DNA of 64,000 nucleotides from Magallana gigas (Eukaryota): NCBI RefSeq assembly GCF_963853765.1, contig NC_088858.1, positions 49,476,001 to 49,540,000 of the forward strand, read 5' to 3'. Shown piece by piece: positions 40,402 to 53,415 of this stretch (position 1 is its first letter; each line of letters starts with the position of its first letter). The notes under the pieces were generated by a model. It saw only the letters and a program-made list of their open reading frames with translations, ran no database searches and was not told where the DNA came from. The position numbers and the translations under genes were made by a program.

Positions 40402-42245
40402 GATAGAACATTCACCTGTAACTCAGGTAAACACTCTGTGACGAACTGAAAGTGATGATTGCAAAAAATGTGACCTTAAATATGTGGAGTTTGATAAGTA
40501 CATGACAAAGTGTTCATAAGAAGTTGTCAAACTCTGGAATAAAGTGGCTATTGATCCATCGCTGTTGAAAGGATACGCATGTATGAAGGCAGACAAAATA
40601 TCATCGTCGGATGACAAAATATATACAGAAACAAACCTCGTTAGCAAGCTTTATTCTGTTATAAAGACTGTTTGATATACATGTACATGTACAAGATTGA
40701 TGTAACAATAAAGAATCAAAGCTCACCCAAATTTTCAATCATTTTACATTTCGTATGTACATTTCCTGCAGGGTCTGCATATTAAGCAGACGGAAGGCGA
40801 TCAATCCATTGATGGATTCTGATGTATGATGACTTTGAGATGTTTATTGAATAATATAAATCAAGATGACCTTCAGGCAAATAGGTCAAAAACTATCAAA
40901 TTAGGTCAAGCACGTTTAATCTTCTATAGTGTGCATTAATGTACTACAAGCATCCAAGGTCATTAGTTTAAGGTTGATTTTATCAACTTTGGTCTAAGGA
41001 ATTATAAATACATGCTTTAAAGTTTTCTTATTCAAACACAGATATTTTTTTTAGATTTATTGAAGATCATTTCACTATCATTTTTAACAGCAAATTTCAC
41101 ATGTCAGTTTTTTGAATTTGGTCATTTTATGAATAGTACATGAATATAATTGAAATGTAGACTCCTTCATAAATTTATTTAATTTTTTTCATGAGGTGGT
41201 TTTCTCTTTTCGTTGTATGGTGTTGTAGCTTTGAATTAACAATGACCCCTAGCAGTCCTAGCACCGTTATTGTGGTTTGGCGTGGGGTTTTTTTTTTTTA
41301 CTCTCTTAAACATAACATTCAACACCCCTCCCCACCCACCCGCACACACACACACTTTTTTGCAAAGTAAGCCATAACCATAACTTTTGTTTTTGCTTGT
41401 CAAAATTTCTGATAATTCTAGCCCCCTCCCATACTTTTAAGTTTACTTCTAACGCCACTCCCATGAGATCATTGGCACTGGCATCTGGTGACTTCACTTA
41501 TTCCTTTCCTCTGTACAACACTGTAGGGATGTTGAACAGCATCATTTGTCTGACTTATTGAACAGTATGATTTGTGTTTCGGGACTTAGAGTTAAACAGT
41601 GTCACTGTTTATTACTGACTGGAAGGGAATCGTACTCCTGTTATCTTCTAATAGAGATAAACGGACGTACATTTTGAACGCAGTTTATCCATGTCATGAA
41701 GAGTAATGCGATGGAGAAAACTCCTCTGTATATGGGCCTTACTGCGCGGCAACAATATCGGTGAACTCACTTTGGTAATCTGTTACGCTTCGGGATTATT
41801 TTTATTAACCCTGAGCGTTATTTTCTTTTTCGTTTTTTTTTTGGTAGCATATGTTCCTACGTAATAAATTAAGAATTCAATTTATACAATATTTTTTAAT
41901 TGATTGTCATAAATAAAACGTCAAAGACACGTGTGCACGCCAGTGCGTGGAGTCTGCCAGATTGCAGCGTGATCTGAATCCCCAAACCATGAACTGAGAA
42001 CAAATTGTAGATTTTGGTAATTTGGATGTATGGTTAGCCGCGGGGCGATGTATGTTAAAAAATTTGCAAGTTTGTGTACATATTGAAATTATCAAACGCA
42101 AACAAATAATCAAAGTGTTCTTTTGGTTAATTCTGGGTAAATAAACCCTTAATATAGACAAGTAAATGCAAATTAGCACAAAAAAACATCCTCAATTTTA
42201 GAAGAATTCTTTAAAAACACTTTTTACCTCAAAATGTTACCCAAT

Positions 42246-42311
42246 ATGCGCGGATCTAGAGGGGCGGGGTGTCGGAAAGTCCTATCTCAGATTTTTTCTG
42301 GATCCGCGCAT
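42246..42311. mobile_element. 66-bp miniature derivative of the 25067 MITE family
   Basis: ATGCGCGGATCTAGA ... TCTGGATCCGCGCAT ends, in the opposite orientation to 25067-25249. Confidence 0.75.
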
Positions 42312-42471
42312 GCCTGGTATGTCTTTTTTCATTTGTATTTAGTAATATAAATGACATCTGCCTGTACTGTCCTGCTATAATTCTGTTATTACTCTTTTTC
42401 TCTGGTCGTGAAAGCCCCCAACTGGGGTAGGAACGATGTTCATCCGACGCTTATTTCCATCTGCTGGACTT

Positions 42472-42736
42472 CTGTTAGCGTTAGGGACTGGGAGATAATG
42501 ATTATAGACGCCATCGTGCAAGTCTCAGAACCTCACCTGTCAGCGTTAGGGACTCGGAGATAATGATTATAGACGCCATCGTGCAAGTCTCAGAACCTCA
42601 CCTGTTAGCGTTAGGGACTGGGAGATAATGATTATAGACGCCATCGTGCGAGTCTCAGAACCTCACCTGTCAGCGTTAGGGACTGGGAGATAATGATTAT
42701 AGACGCCATCGTGCAAGTCTCAGAACCTCACCTGTC
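42472..42736 (-). repeat. Four tandem 65-bp units plus 5 bp
   Basis: Unit starts at 42472, 42537, 42602 and 42667 (partial at 42732). Minus-strand unit: GTGAGG...CCCTAACGCTRACAG. Confidence 0.97.
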
Positions 42737-43092
42737 TTTCTTTTGAAGATAAGAAATGTCACTTATAATGCATGCTTTGTTTTTGGTTAATGGAATATTT
42801 AAAAATATATCGAAAAGACCCTTCCCTTTTCCGCCGCAACAGAGACAGTCTTTAAACAAAATAGTTTTCTGTTAATCACATCGGGGAGTGAAACTCAATT
42901 TAACTGCGTTTTAAAATTTATTAACGTGTAAAAAGTTATTTTTTTCTTTTAAGGGCGACTCCTACACTAATATCGTTAAAGTATCACTTCTGAAACATGA
43001 TTTCGTTGTTCAAGGAAAGATAATTGTAAATGCCCTCAATTATTTTATACGAATTTTGGGGGCAATTTAGACCAGGATCAGTTTGTTTTTAA

Positions 43093-43522
43093 AGGGGCAT
43101 GGTCACGATTTTGGTCAAATTTTATTTTTTACTTTTTATTGTTTACGATGCTCTAGTAATACATTTCTAACGATCAATCAAATTACAATTCTTTGTTATG
43201 TAAACAAGGCTCGTGCCATGTTTTGGGTTACATTTGTTCAATATACCGGTAAAAGATCTTCTCTAAGCTTAATTTTTTTCTACATGCTAATTCGTTTTGA
43301 ACACAGTTCCTAGCGTTTGTCACATTCATTTTAGGACTAAACATTGAATTTTCTTATCAGCATTCAAAATATAACCAAAAACGTTGTTTACGAAACAAAA
43401 CATGTGAGCTTTCAGACTTATAACTTATAACTCGACCACTGACACTCAGATAGAAATGCCTTAATGAAGCATTATAAACTTGAAGAACGAAAAAAATTGA
43501 CAAAAATCGTGACCATGCCCTT
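43093..43522. mobile_element. TTAA-flanked non-autonomous DNA transposon (possibly Kolobok-like)
   Basis: TTAA|AGGGGCATGGTCACGATTTT ... AAAATCGTGACCATGCCCTT|TTAA. Confidence 0.8.
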
Positions 43523-45433
43523 TTAATCGGGATCAGTAAATTCTGAAAATAATCAATATTTCTTAAATTTCGCCAAGTTGAATCAATATCTTTTTTTAAA
43601 GATGTTTGTCTTACATTTAATCTCTAAAACACCTCTCTTTTATAGGTTTTATCCATAGGTTTAAAAACTATAGGAACAAAAGATTTTTTTTCATAAATGT
43701 TTTTAATTTAAAAAGTAAAACGTCCTATTGATATTACTGGACATGATTTTATTATGTACTGATATCATGCATTTTTTTCATACCAAATTTTTAACTCTAC
43801 AGTGTTTCTTGCATTCATAAAATTTTTCACTTTCTCGTAAAAATACAAAAAATTCGTATAAAATAATCAAGGGCATGTATCCTTCTTTAAACAACGAAAC
43901 CATGTTTCAGAAATGAAACTCTAACGATCCATAATATACAATTTTGGTGTAGCATTACACCTTTTAAGTAGATTTTCAGAACCTGAATAATTGTGTGTGC
44001 ATTAAGAAAGAGACGTTTTTAAGTTTAGAATTAAAACGATTATTTCTGCTAAAGTAAAACTACAATTTCATATCTATGTCGAATTTGTGGTAACATCGCA
44101 GTGAAATATCCAAGATCAATCTCTTTATTTGAAACAATAATTTGTGAATTTCAAACCTATATCATTATATCTCGGTTAGTAATAATTATAATGAATTTTT
44201 TGGCGTCGCTTTTTAAATATTTTCATTTCTCGAGAAATGTATGTCCTGTCTCAAATGCAGCTTTTATATAATTAGTTTTTTTTAAAGCGCCATCTGAATT
44301 TTACCATCACAGCTGCGGTGATTATATCTGTACAAAGTTCACAAAAGATAATTAATTCATGAATAGAAAAGTTAAACCTTTAGGTTGTGACTTATTACAC
44401 AAGTAATGTTTACTGAAAGAAAAACGCCACAACTATGAACGTGGTCAGAGGGGCAGCCTACCAATGATCAACCAAATCACATTCAAGGAGGGTGTTCCTA
44501 TGATGTTGGTATATTAACCATCCTCTAATGAGACTATTTTCATTTGCCAATTAAACCCCACCTGACGTCACTAAGAAGCCGTTTATCATATTGCAAGCAT
44601 AAGTGACATATAAGACCATCTGTCACGCAAGAACTACAGGCAAGAAAACAATTGTAATCTATTTAAACGATCATTCCACATTTACCTGTTTAAATTTCAG
44701 TAGAATTAGAGGAGAGAGAAAGTACAACATTCAAGGTAGGTTTTTAGCATTAAGCATACATTGCTTGATTAATTGCAAATGCTATCTCTTCGTTAATTTA
44801 CTATACCTGTATATACTATTTCATTCAGTACTTGTATTTAATGGCTGCTTTTGAAAAAAAAAAACCCATGTACTTGAATTGAACAAATTTTATTGTATGA
44901 AATATAAACAAAAGGATTAGAGACGAGTTCGAACAACTTACGAGTATAGGTATATTTACAGATAAGGCGAAGAATAACAGATATTCACTTAATATTTCAG
45001 ACAGATTTGTGTTTATTTACTGATCATGAATTTTAAATATTAGCTTTAAGAAATCCAGGACTACTACAGAAATTTTAAAACGGTAAACATTTTCAATGCA
45101 GAAATATACACATTTTCACTTGCAAGGGGATTATTATACCTACAAGATTTAATATAATAATGCATGCAGATTAGACAATGGATCTAAACTTCTTGTAGAT
45201 GTGCACTGCTATATTCATACAAATATTTCATATATTTCGTTTCGTTATGCGAGTAATAATTTGATGATTTCGCGAAGAAAAATATAGTCTTGTCATTGGC
45301 TACTTGTTTCCAGAACTTCACTGCTGAACGTTTCAACAGTACATATGCCAAACGTTTCTCCAAATAATTGTTTTATATTGCAGTATTTAATTTAAAATGT
45401 AAAATTTATCTTTATTTTTTATTAATTCTTTGT

Positions 45434-45577
45434 NNNNNNNNNNNNNNNNNNNNNNNNNNNNNNNNNNNNNNNNNNNNNNNNNNNNNNNNNNNNNNNNNNN
45501 NNNNNNNNNNNNNNNNNNNNNNNNNNNNNNNNNNNNNNNNNNNNNNNNNNNNNNNNNNNNNNNNNNNNNNNNNNNNN
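45434..45577. other. Assembly gap (144 N)
   Basis: Run of N. Confidence 1.
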
Positions 45578-45958
45578 TCAATAAACACATTATTTTCATG
45601 ACACATATCAATTGATACCAATGCAGAAAACCGCCCTTTCATAAATTGTTACATGTACATACTTTTAAAGTAACATATACACATAATTTATTTTGGTAGC
45701 TTTGGAAAAAAAACTCGGGGGGGGGGGTGGTATTGCAAGCTATCTGATTTAATAATATTTGAGTAATTGTAATTGAGCTCAAAATAAAGTTTTATTAATA
45801 GTAAAATATTTAATGAGAATAATGAATAAAAAGACTATATCATATTCCTATTTTAGGTATTCTTGTTTACATTTTTAAATCAAAGTACTGATGTACTGAC
45901 GGGAGTTGATTTTATTGAATGATTTTTTATTGTATGGATCCAAGCAATATTGAACTCC

Positions 45959-46072
45959 AGTCTTGTTTAACCAGAGCCTGGGCTGTCTCCGATAATCTCC
46001 GACAATCAAAAGAGAGACTCTCTGCTGGTCGGAGATTTACGGAGACAGCCGAGTGTCTGGTTGAAGAAGACT
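45959..46072. repeat. 114-bp imperfect palindrome (miniature element or hairpin)
   Basis: Core 23-bp stem 45981-46003 / 46028-46050 with 2 mismatches; outer arms AGTCTT..AACCAGA / TCTGGTT..AAGACT. Confidence 0.85.
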
Positions 46073-46591
46073 ATATTGAACTCTTGCGTAGGAATACATA
46101 CGGCTACAAAGATTTCTAAATTGTTCGTGCCATTTAAAATCTGACTATTTTCAAGGTATCTATAAATAGGTTTCCTTGAAAAACAATGCTTCATCACACA
46201 TTGCATCAAATTTATCGATTATTTTCAAGAACTAAGTTTTGTCAGCGGTTATGATTTGTGCTTAGGTCCAAACACTATTTCACTTTCGGTTTGCCAGAGT
46301 AACTGCATAGGAGAATTGATTGAAATCAACTCCCAAAAAATCATTAACGCCGTTGTTTATCTGCATGTTGTCATTCATATCATTTAAAATAAACATTGTA
46401 ATTTTTTAAATCATCAATTAACAATAGAAAAATAACATTTGTACATGCGTTCATTTATCAGTGTGTGTTGCATGAAAATTTGTTTCATTTTTGTAATTTT
46501 ACAGTTTCGACTGGGTGGTTCTTATTATTAATTTTGCGTAAACATCCTCAAGATCATTTCAAGTAATGCGTTGCACCTGTTCATTTCTAGG

Positions 46592-46924
46592 ATGAATTCT
46601 ACGTACGTGGTATTAGCCGTTGTATGTCTTGCTTCGTTGCTGCTAGGAACATGGTCTTCTCCAGCTTCCAAGCGCGTCTCTCAAACCTTTACCGACCAGT
46701 GGTGCCAGGACAAATTTGGAGAGTATGTTGTAACGTGTACGCACGCACCCGACCAGTGCTGTCATTTACTTGAACCATACCACTTCACTCTCACCGGAAA
46801 TGAGTGTCAAGATATGAATGATACTGAATGCAGGACCAATATGTTTACAACATGTTGTAAGGACGGCAAAGAGATGGCGGCCCGCTACGATGAAAATTCA
46901 ATGCAAGACACTCTTTTCATGTGA
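46592..46924 (+). CDS. Secreted cysteine-rich prepropeptide, 110 aa, family unrecognised
   Basis: The ATG follows a splice acceptor (TTTCTAG|GATG). Hydrophobic signal MNSTYVVLAVVCLASLLLGTWS, then SPASKR (dibasic site), then 8 Cys arranged C-X10-C-X6-CC-X14-C-X7-C-X7-CC. Confidence 0.85.
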   Translation: MNSTYVVLAVVCLASLLLGTWSSPASKRVSQTFTDQWCQDKFGEYVVTCTHAPDQCCHLLEPYHFTLTGNECQDMNDTECRTNMFTTCCKDGKEMAARYDENSMQDTLFM

Positions 46925-47113
46925 GAATATGTGCTTTTTTATGCTGTTTCATGAACATTACTTATTTATTATTTCTCGTTGATCATATAAATTCTACAAA
47001 ACTTTCTCAAATATATTTGACCATGTGTACTTGGGGGAAGGGTGTGAAAAAAGGTTTATACAGCTTTTTCTGACTAAAAACATGTGAAATTGTCTACTTT
47101 GTATCTAATCACC

Positions 47114-47115
<2 letters not shown>

Positions 47116-47192
<77 letters not shown>
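47116..47192. repeat. (AG)n microsatellite
   Basis: Direct reading. Confidence 0.97.
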
Positions 47193-47193
<1 letters not shown>

Positions 47194-48737
47194 TCTTTTT
47201 CTGCCTAATAGATGAAAGTTATTAAAACAAGTACTAGTAAGTCACAAGATAATACAGATGCGCATCAATTCGGGTCAAGTGGCCGCCTTTTTTAAAACCA
47301 CTTCTTGCGGATGTTCCTTGGTAGCCAACAAATCACTGGCCCGTGAGAGGGGATGGTATTGTCGGCAGGAGTTCCGGTAAGGACGTGATTCATTAAATCG
47401 ACAAAAAGTTCGCGGGAACGTAATTTTGTTAAAAATAATCACGAATACGCGAACAACGATGATTGCAAGGTGGTTGAGCAAGGAAACATCTAATATATTT
47501 AAAATCATTTGAAAAGTTTGTTCTTTCTGTTTTATGTATTACTGCATTGACACGATTTACGATTATTTTATTATACAACTATTTAAAGTCTAGGCGAACA
47601 ACAAAATACATTTTCACCAGACGTAGAAGTTACATTAATGAGAAAATCTTGACAACAAATTTTCCACCACAAATGTTTTGGTGGTATTGCAACACATGAT
47701 TGTCTTCCAAAATGATTTAGTGTGTTTTAATTGCTATACGATACACATCAGATATATACCGCCATTAAGATACACCCCAAGGCATATCTTTAAAAACGAA
47801 AACAAATTAAAGCATTTCAGCATACAGAGTAAAAATACACAACTGATTGACAAAAAACAAGGTCGCAAAACACATTTAAAGCACGCTTTAAAAAATAGGA
47901 TTTTAAAAAAAATAGGATTTCTGATTCGAGAACACCATAATCAACCAACAAGGTGTTACGCATTAGATACGAAAACCTTGACAGTATCAAGTCAAAAACA
48001 AACAGTTAACATGAACGAGTTCTGTGCTTGGTGATAATCTTGGCAAGCTGACCATGGACCCTATAAAATTGAACTGATAAATTCGCCTGCATCTAGCATC
48101 AAACATTTCAGTACTAAAGTAGTAAATTGATACTTGGTTATTAAACATAATAATCATACAAAATAGCAATTATACTACGAAATTTAAAGAGTTCCTTTAA
48201 CGAGGAAAAATGAATCAGTTTATTTACTTAACTAAACATTATGTTTTGCTGAATAGCATCTAACGACTGCAGACAATTACGACATTTGCAGATGGTGTTA
48301 AAGTGAAACAGTAAGTTACATGTAAAGCAATTCTTATTACCATGTTATTTTACAGGTATCTATTTCAAAGGTTTTATATACAAATTAATGAAATTATCAG
48401 CACAGTTCACAGACCATTTGCTGTTACAGTGTAGGCGTCAGAGTCCCATTAAATCATAATGAATAGTAAGTGTGGAGTTTTTCCTATCCTTTCAAATGTT
48501 AAATACACTGTAAAACGTCATTTGATTATCATGTGCTTCTGATAGATTACCTCTATATATCCATGTAAAAAATGTTAAACCGGTCGATACAACAAGGCAA
48601 AATTTAACAAATATAAACTATACTACAAAACATATCAGCCGTAAACAATGTACATTATGCTTAAATATTAAGTTAGTTCTTGGATGGACATAAGATGGAT
48701 TAATGCTTATGATGAAGAACGGACATAAAATGACGTC

Positions 48738-51700
48738 TCATTTTCGTAAAATCGGGCAGTTTATTTTTACTCTTGGTGCAATGATTCTCCTCTCTCCAGC
48801 TGTTTGCGGATGGAAACACATGTAGAACAACCCTGCACTGATCACGTGACCCACGATCCCTATCGGGGCCACCACCAATACGTAACAATCGGGAGGCGGG
48901 AGTCTGTCGTCTGCTAGCCATACTAACAGCGCCACCATAACCAGATTTTCTGCGTAGTACACCACGTAGTAGATAAAGGTCAAATATCTGGTTTTACCTT
49001 CCTTCAGATTGATGAACGAAAACAAACCAATAAATCCAAGAATAACCAAGAAAGCATACTGGAGAATAGGCACTCCGCACCCTTTGGATTGGCCTTGTTG
49101 GTCATCGGTTTTATTTTCCGCTTTATTTTTCCCGGGAGTCGCATCGCCATTTTCCGTTTCCGTTCCGCTGGCTTTAACATCGCCATTTTCCGCCGAACTT
49201 GCTTCGTTTTCCTTTGCAGGTTTTTCCTCGGATGGATCATCGCAAATTCCGGCTAACTCCGCCTTCATGAAACGATACAACAGCACGACAAAAATTACAT
49301 GCGGTACGGCAACAATGAAAACCCAGGGCTTGAAATAGGCTGCACACAGCCCCAGAAGGATGTACCGGGGGCCCAACTCAAACATGCGCCAGAGGAGATA
49401 GAAGAAGGAGGACACATAGTCGACGTTCTGCTTGTCTTTCTGGGCCTTCCTGTTTGCTCGATAGTAGGTCGTTATGATCAGCGATGTTGAAACCCACGAC
49501 GCCAGCAGAGAGGACACTGAAACACGCCATAAACAGTATATTAAGAATGTTTGGTGATGTATTGAATTATTTTAAAAGAACCACAAAAAAAAACCCCGAA
49601 AGATTATCTTTTTAACTCAGTAAGAAATACACCAGAAGGCTCATGAGCTATATTGTTCACTGGTTTACACATTTTATGCCTCACTATTTGTTGGGAAGGA
49701 ACGGTCACTGTTTGATATACAATATATAGAAGCATTTAGGGAAGTACAGGTATTTCTAGAGCAGTTGATTTTTTTTAAACATCCGCCCTATTATTAGTAC
49801 TAATTTTTTTCTTCCTTTGAAATTAAATACAGGTGATATGATCATATGATTTGACTGCTCATATTTCATATTAGTGCACCATGTATCAAATCCTGACTAT
49901 TAATTATGAATAGTACATGCACAACACAACACTATTTTATAATTAGTCAACTCAGTCCTAAACTCAAATCATTGTGAGAAAAGTACGTAAATTCGAGGTC
50001 AAAACTCAGACTTGATACCGAGTATCAACTTAACTGAGAAAAGTTGGAGACGGCAGGCCCGGGCGAGCTAATCAATTAGTTTTAACGTCGTTATACAATT
50101 GGTTTATAATAACCGAATTAATGTTTTATTTAACATGTGGATTCAACAATATTATGTAAAACAATTGCAATTTGAACAATGGTCAGACACGTCTTTAAAT
50201 ATTGTACAATACTTTTTAACTTTTACAATAATTTTGACAGAGGAAACGCATTTAAAAATTTAATCCTGATTTCAGGTTTACCACCTTTTGTTTGAATTAT
50301 ATACTTTAATAATTTATTTCTGTCTTGTTTCTTTGACTCCAAGGATATTTCACTCATACTAGTATATCACCAGTTACTGTTTGAGGCCATTGAATCATTA
50401 TCAGGCAACACCGACCAGCCAGAACTTAACTACAGGGAAGTATTGTTTTACAGAATACCAACAGGAAACTTTTCTTTGAGGTGTTTAAATAGGAATATGA
50501 ATTTAGTGGTGTGATGAAACGTACATGTAGTATATAGTTTAGCTAGAAAGCGTAATTTAGCCATGCATATTTACATGTATAGCTAAAGCTAGGTGACTTT
50601 ACATGGATTTGGGACAACTATCCAGAGACCGATTTATATTTCAGTTGCAAGTATATATTCGTCCATCTGGTAACACCCGGTGCTTTTAAATTAACCTTTA
50701 TTTAAGGCAATTCATAACGGTCGACTGGTCGGGGACATTAAACAGTTATTCAGATAACCTTCAAGCGATTTTGTCAGACGTTAACGTCACATAGGTTAAA
50801 TCATACTGAGTGACATGGATACGAGGGATGAATGGGTAGGCTGTAACGCTGTGTTGCTTAGATATATTCAAACACAACACCGTCCAACTTCTCTGTTAAA
50901 ACTTAAAAGATAGGATCTGTAATTACTTACGTATAGGGAAATCTGTGATGTAATATTGGTTGTCGGCCGCTATGAAGATTTGGAGAATAAGTTGAAGAGC
51001 AGACTCCAGGAAGCCGTCGATCAGCCCCAGAATGGTGGCGTCTCGTTTCTCCTCCGTCGCCCGCTTCCGCAGTCTTTGGGCCTTGGCACTGTTCTCCTTG
51101 TCCCTCTCCATCCTGATGCTGTGTGAGGCGTTGTAGATGTACTCCGCCTGTCTGAAATACACAAACACAGTTATCATAAAAACATATAGTGTGATGTCAT
51201 AGAGTTAAACTGTATATATAAAACCGATTTAGCCAGAACAGTTAGCAATGGTTAAACTGGGATTAGGTTAGAGGAGGGGTTAGTAAAAGTTCTGGAACAT
51301 TTACTACAATAAACTAATACGTTCAAACCGAAAGTTAAATTGCTACAATAATGTGATATAGCAGTTAGTTCAAAGTGAAAGCAAACCTTATCATTCTTAC
51401 CTCCACAAACGCCCCAGCTGGAGAAACGAAAGTAAGATCCTAAACAGATACAGGGTCCTGGCATGCTTGTACTCATGACGTATGTCCCTCTTGTAGTACA
51501 TCTTGTACCAGATCATTGAAATAATACCAGATATGACGGAGGGCACAATGATGAACCCCGCCGTCAGATACAGATGGGACCATCTCTGTTCTGTGTAGTA
51601 GTAGATCAACAGCCGAATGTCTGTACCGTAGTCAATCGCAAAAGTCAAAAAACCAATAAAAGCCAAAATAATGTCCTTAATCTGGAATTTCGGCGGCCAG

Positions 51701-52173
51701 TCTGGTTTGTCAGAGGGTTTGGTTTTGATTGTGAGACAACAGAGGGTACTGTTGCCGTCATCATCGCCTTCATCAGCATTCTCAGTAGTTACCTCCCCCT
51801 CAGCTTTACGGGAAAGGAGGGGTTTCTCTGCTGTGACGTTTTCCGCTGTATCGTAGTCCGGGGCGGGGTGTTGATCAGATGGGGTGTTTTCTTGTACATC
51901 CTCCAGGGATTGGGTTTTCGCTACTTTCGCTTTGTTGTCATCCGCGACTGGTTTTTGAACTTTGGGTTCTGTTTCAGGAACATTATCATCCACAGAGATC
52001 GCTCGTCTAGCCATGGCCGCCTTAGCAAGCTCTTTCGGTTTCTCTTGCTGGCCTTTGTATATAACACTGCCCTTTAAATCCATGTCCATGATTCCTGGTG
52101 GCAATTCCACTTTTCCATCCATATCTTCATCGTTCGTTTTTTCTTGTACAGTTAGAGCTTCTTTGTCGCCCAT
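48738..52173 (-). CDS. XK-related (Xkr-family) multi-pass membrane protein, 590 aa, 3 exons
   Basis: Exons 52173-51401, 51151-50931, 49516-48738 (1773 nt, phases consistent). XK motifs: D-x-x-TD in TM1, FLESALQLILQ (the ESAPQL motif), WRMFEL..R, YYAENLVM. Confidence 0.9.
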
Positions 52174-53415
52174 CTTCCGAAGTTAACAACAACAGAACAA
52201 AAGCCACGCAGGATGTGAAACCGCAAGTAGGAAAATCCGCTTACCTTGGAAAACGCAATGACTCATAAGTATGTCATACCTGAGCGAGTATGGCGACACG
52301 CTCAAAACATAAAACCTCCATTGTCCTGTAATTTCGAGAGCACATATCCCATGGCGTCATGTAAATGATGGTATCTTCACCATCAATATTTTAGCTCACT
52401 CCATGATGATGTTTATTGTTGACGCAATTAATTTTATTGTTTTTATTTAAATTGTCTGATTTTTACCAATAAACGAGGAGTGTATTTTTAAGTTTCTATT
52501 TATATCCCCGTGGAGGTTTACTATTACCTGGTAAATCTGTTTCATAAGAGAACCATTCAAATGACGGCGTGTAGAACCCAGGGGCTCCATCGTGTTGATT
52601 TGTATCGATCACTTGTTTAAACATAGCTTTCAGACTACGCATTAAACATATATCTAATTGTTCAGTCATTTTAAATCAAAATCATAATTTTTTTAACATA
52701 TCAATTTTTTTTTTTTAAATTTAATGTTCTTCCAGAAATGTCTTTTTAGCGTTAAAAACATTTTCCAAAGTTATAAACAAATGAAAAATGTTAAAAAAAT
52801 ATACTATGTTATGTAAAATAATATGCGAGTTGTAAGTTACATGTATGTTGCATTCGGAATCTATTGTTAAATTCAACCATTCAAATATTGATATCTACAA
52901 ATGTATAAATCTACATATGTACAATAACGGACAGTTCGTCAGGAATTACATGCATACGGCATTTTGGATTTTCGTGTTCAAATACAATGTACAACCCGAG
53001 GGTATTAACTGTTATATTGAACAAAATCATCCAAACATTGCTCCATATTTTGATGTTAAATACACATTTGATTAATTGATTTATATATCTGATCATCTGA
53101 ATAAAATACCACGTAAATTCTATTTTCTTGCCTAATTTAAAGTTGGCCCATTTACATGATTTGTTATTTTCCCTGGGATTTTAGATTGATAATGATTAAG
53201 AGCTGTTGACAAATCTCACCAAATACGGTTGCAAATATTTACAGATGAGGGGTTAAAGACACCGAAGATAATTATACAAATTGATGTTTGGTGTAAAAAC
53301 AAGTGACTTTTGTGTGTATGATTGTCGAGAGGTCCATTGTACTGTCAGCAAAACTAGAAAAATGTAAATATTTACATGCACGCTTTTTTCCCTCACCATG
53401 GCGTCTTTTAGGCAA

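Noticed and set aside
45368-45642. ORFs spanning the second gap
   Set aside because: Created by Ns.
46853-46870. CCKDG as an anaphylatoxin-domain motif
   Set aside because: In anaphylatoxins this motif begins the domain and needs four more Cys; here it is the last Cys pair.
47275-48169. 60-118 aa ORFs between the peptide gene and Xkr
   Set aside because: No motifs or consistent splice support; typical of AT-rich noncoding DNA.
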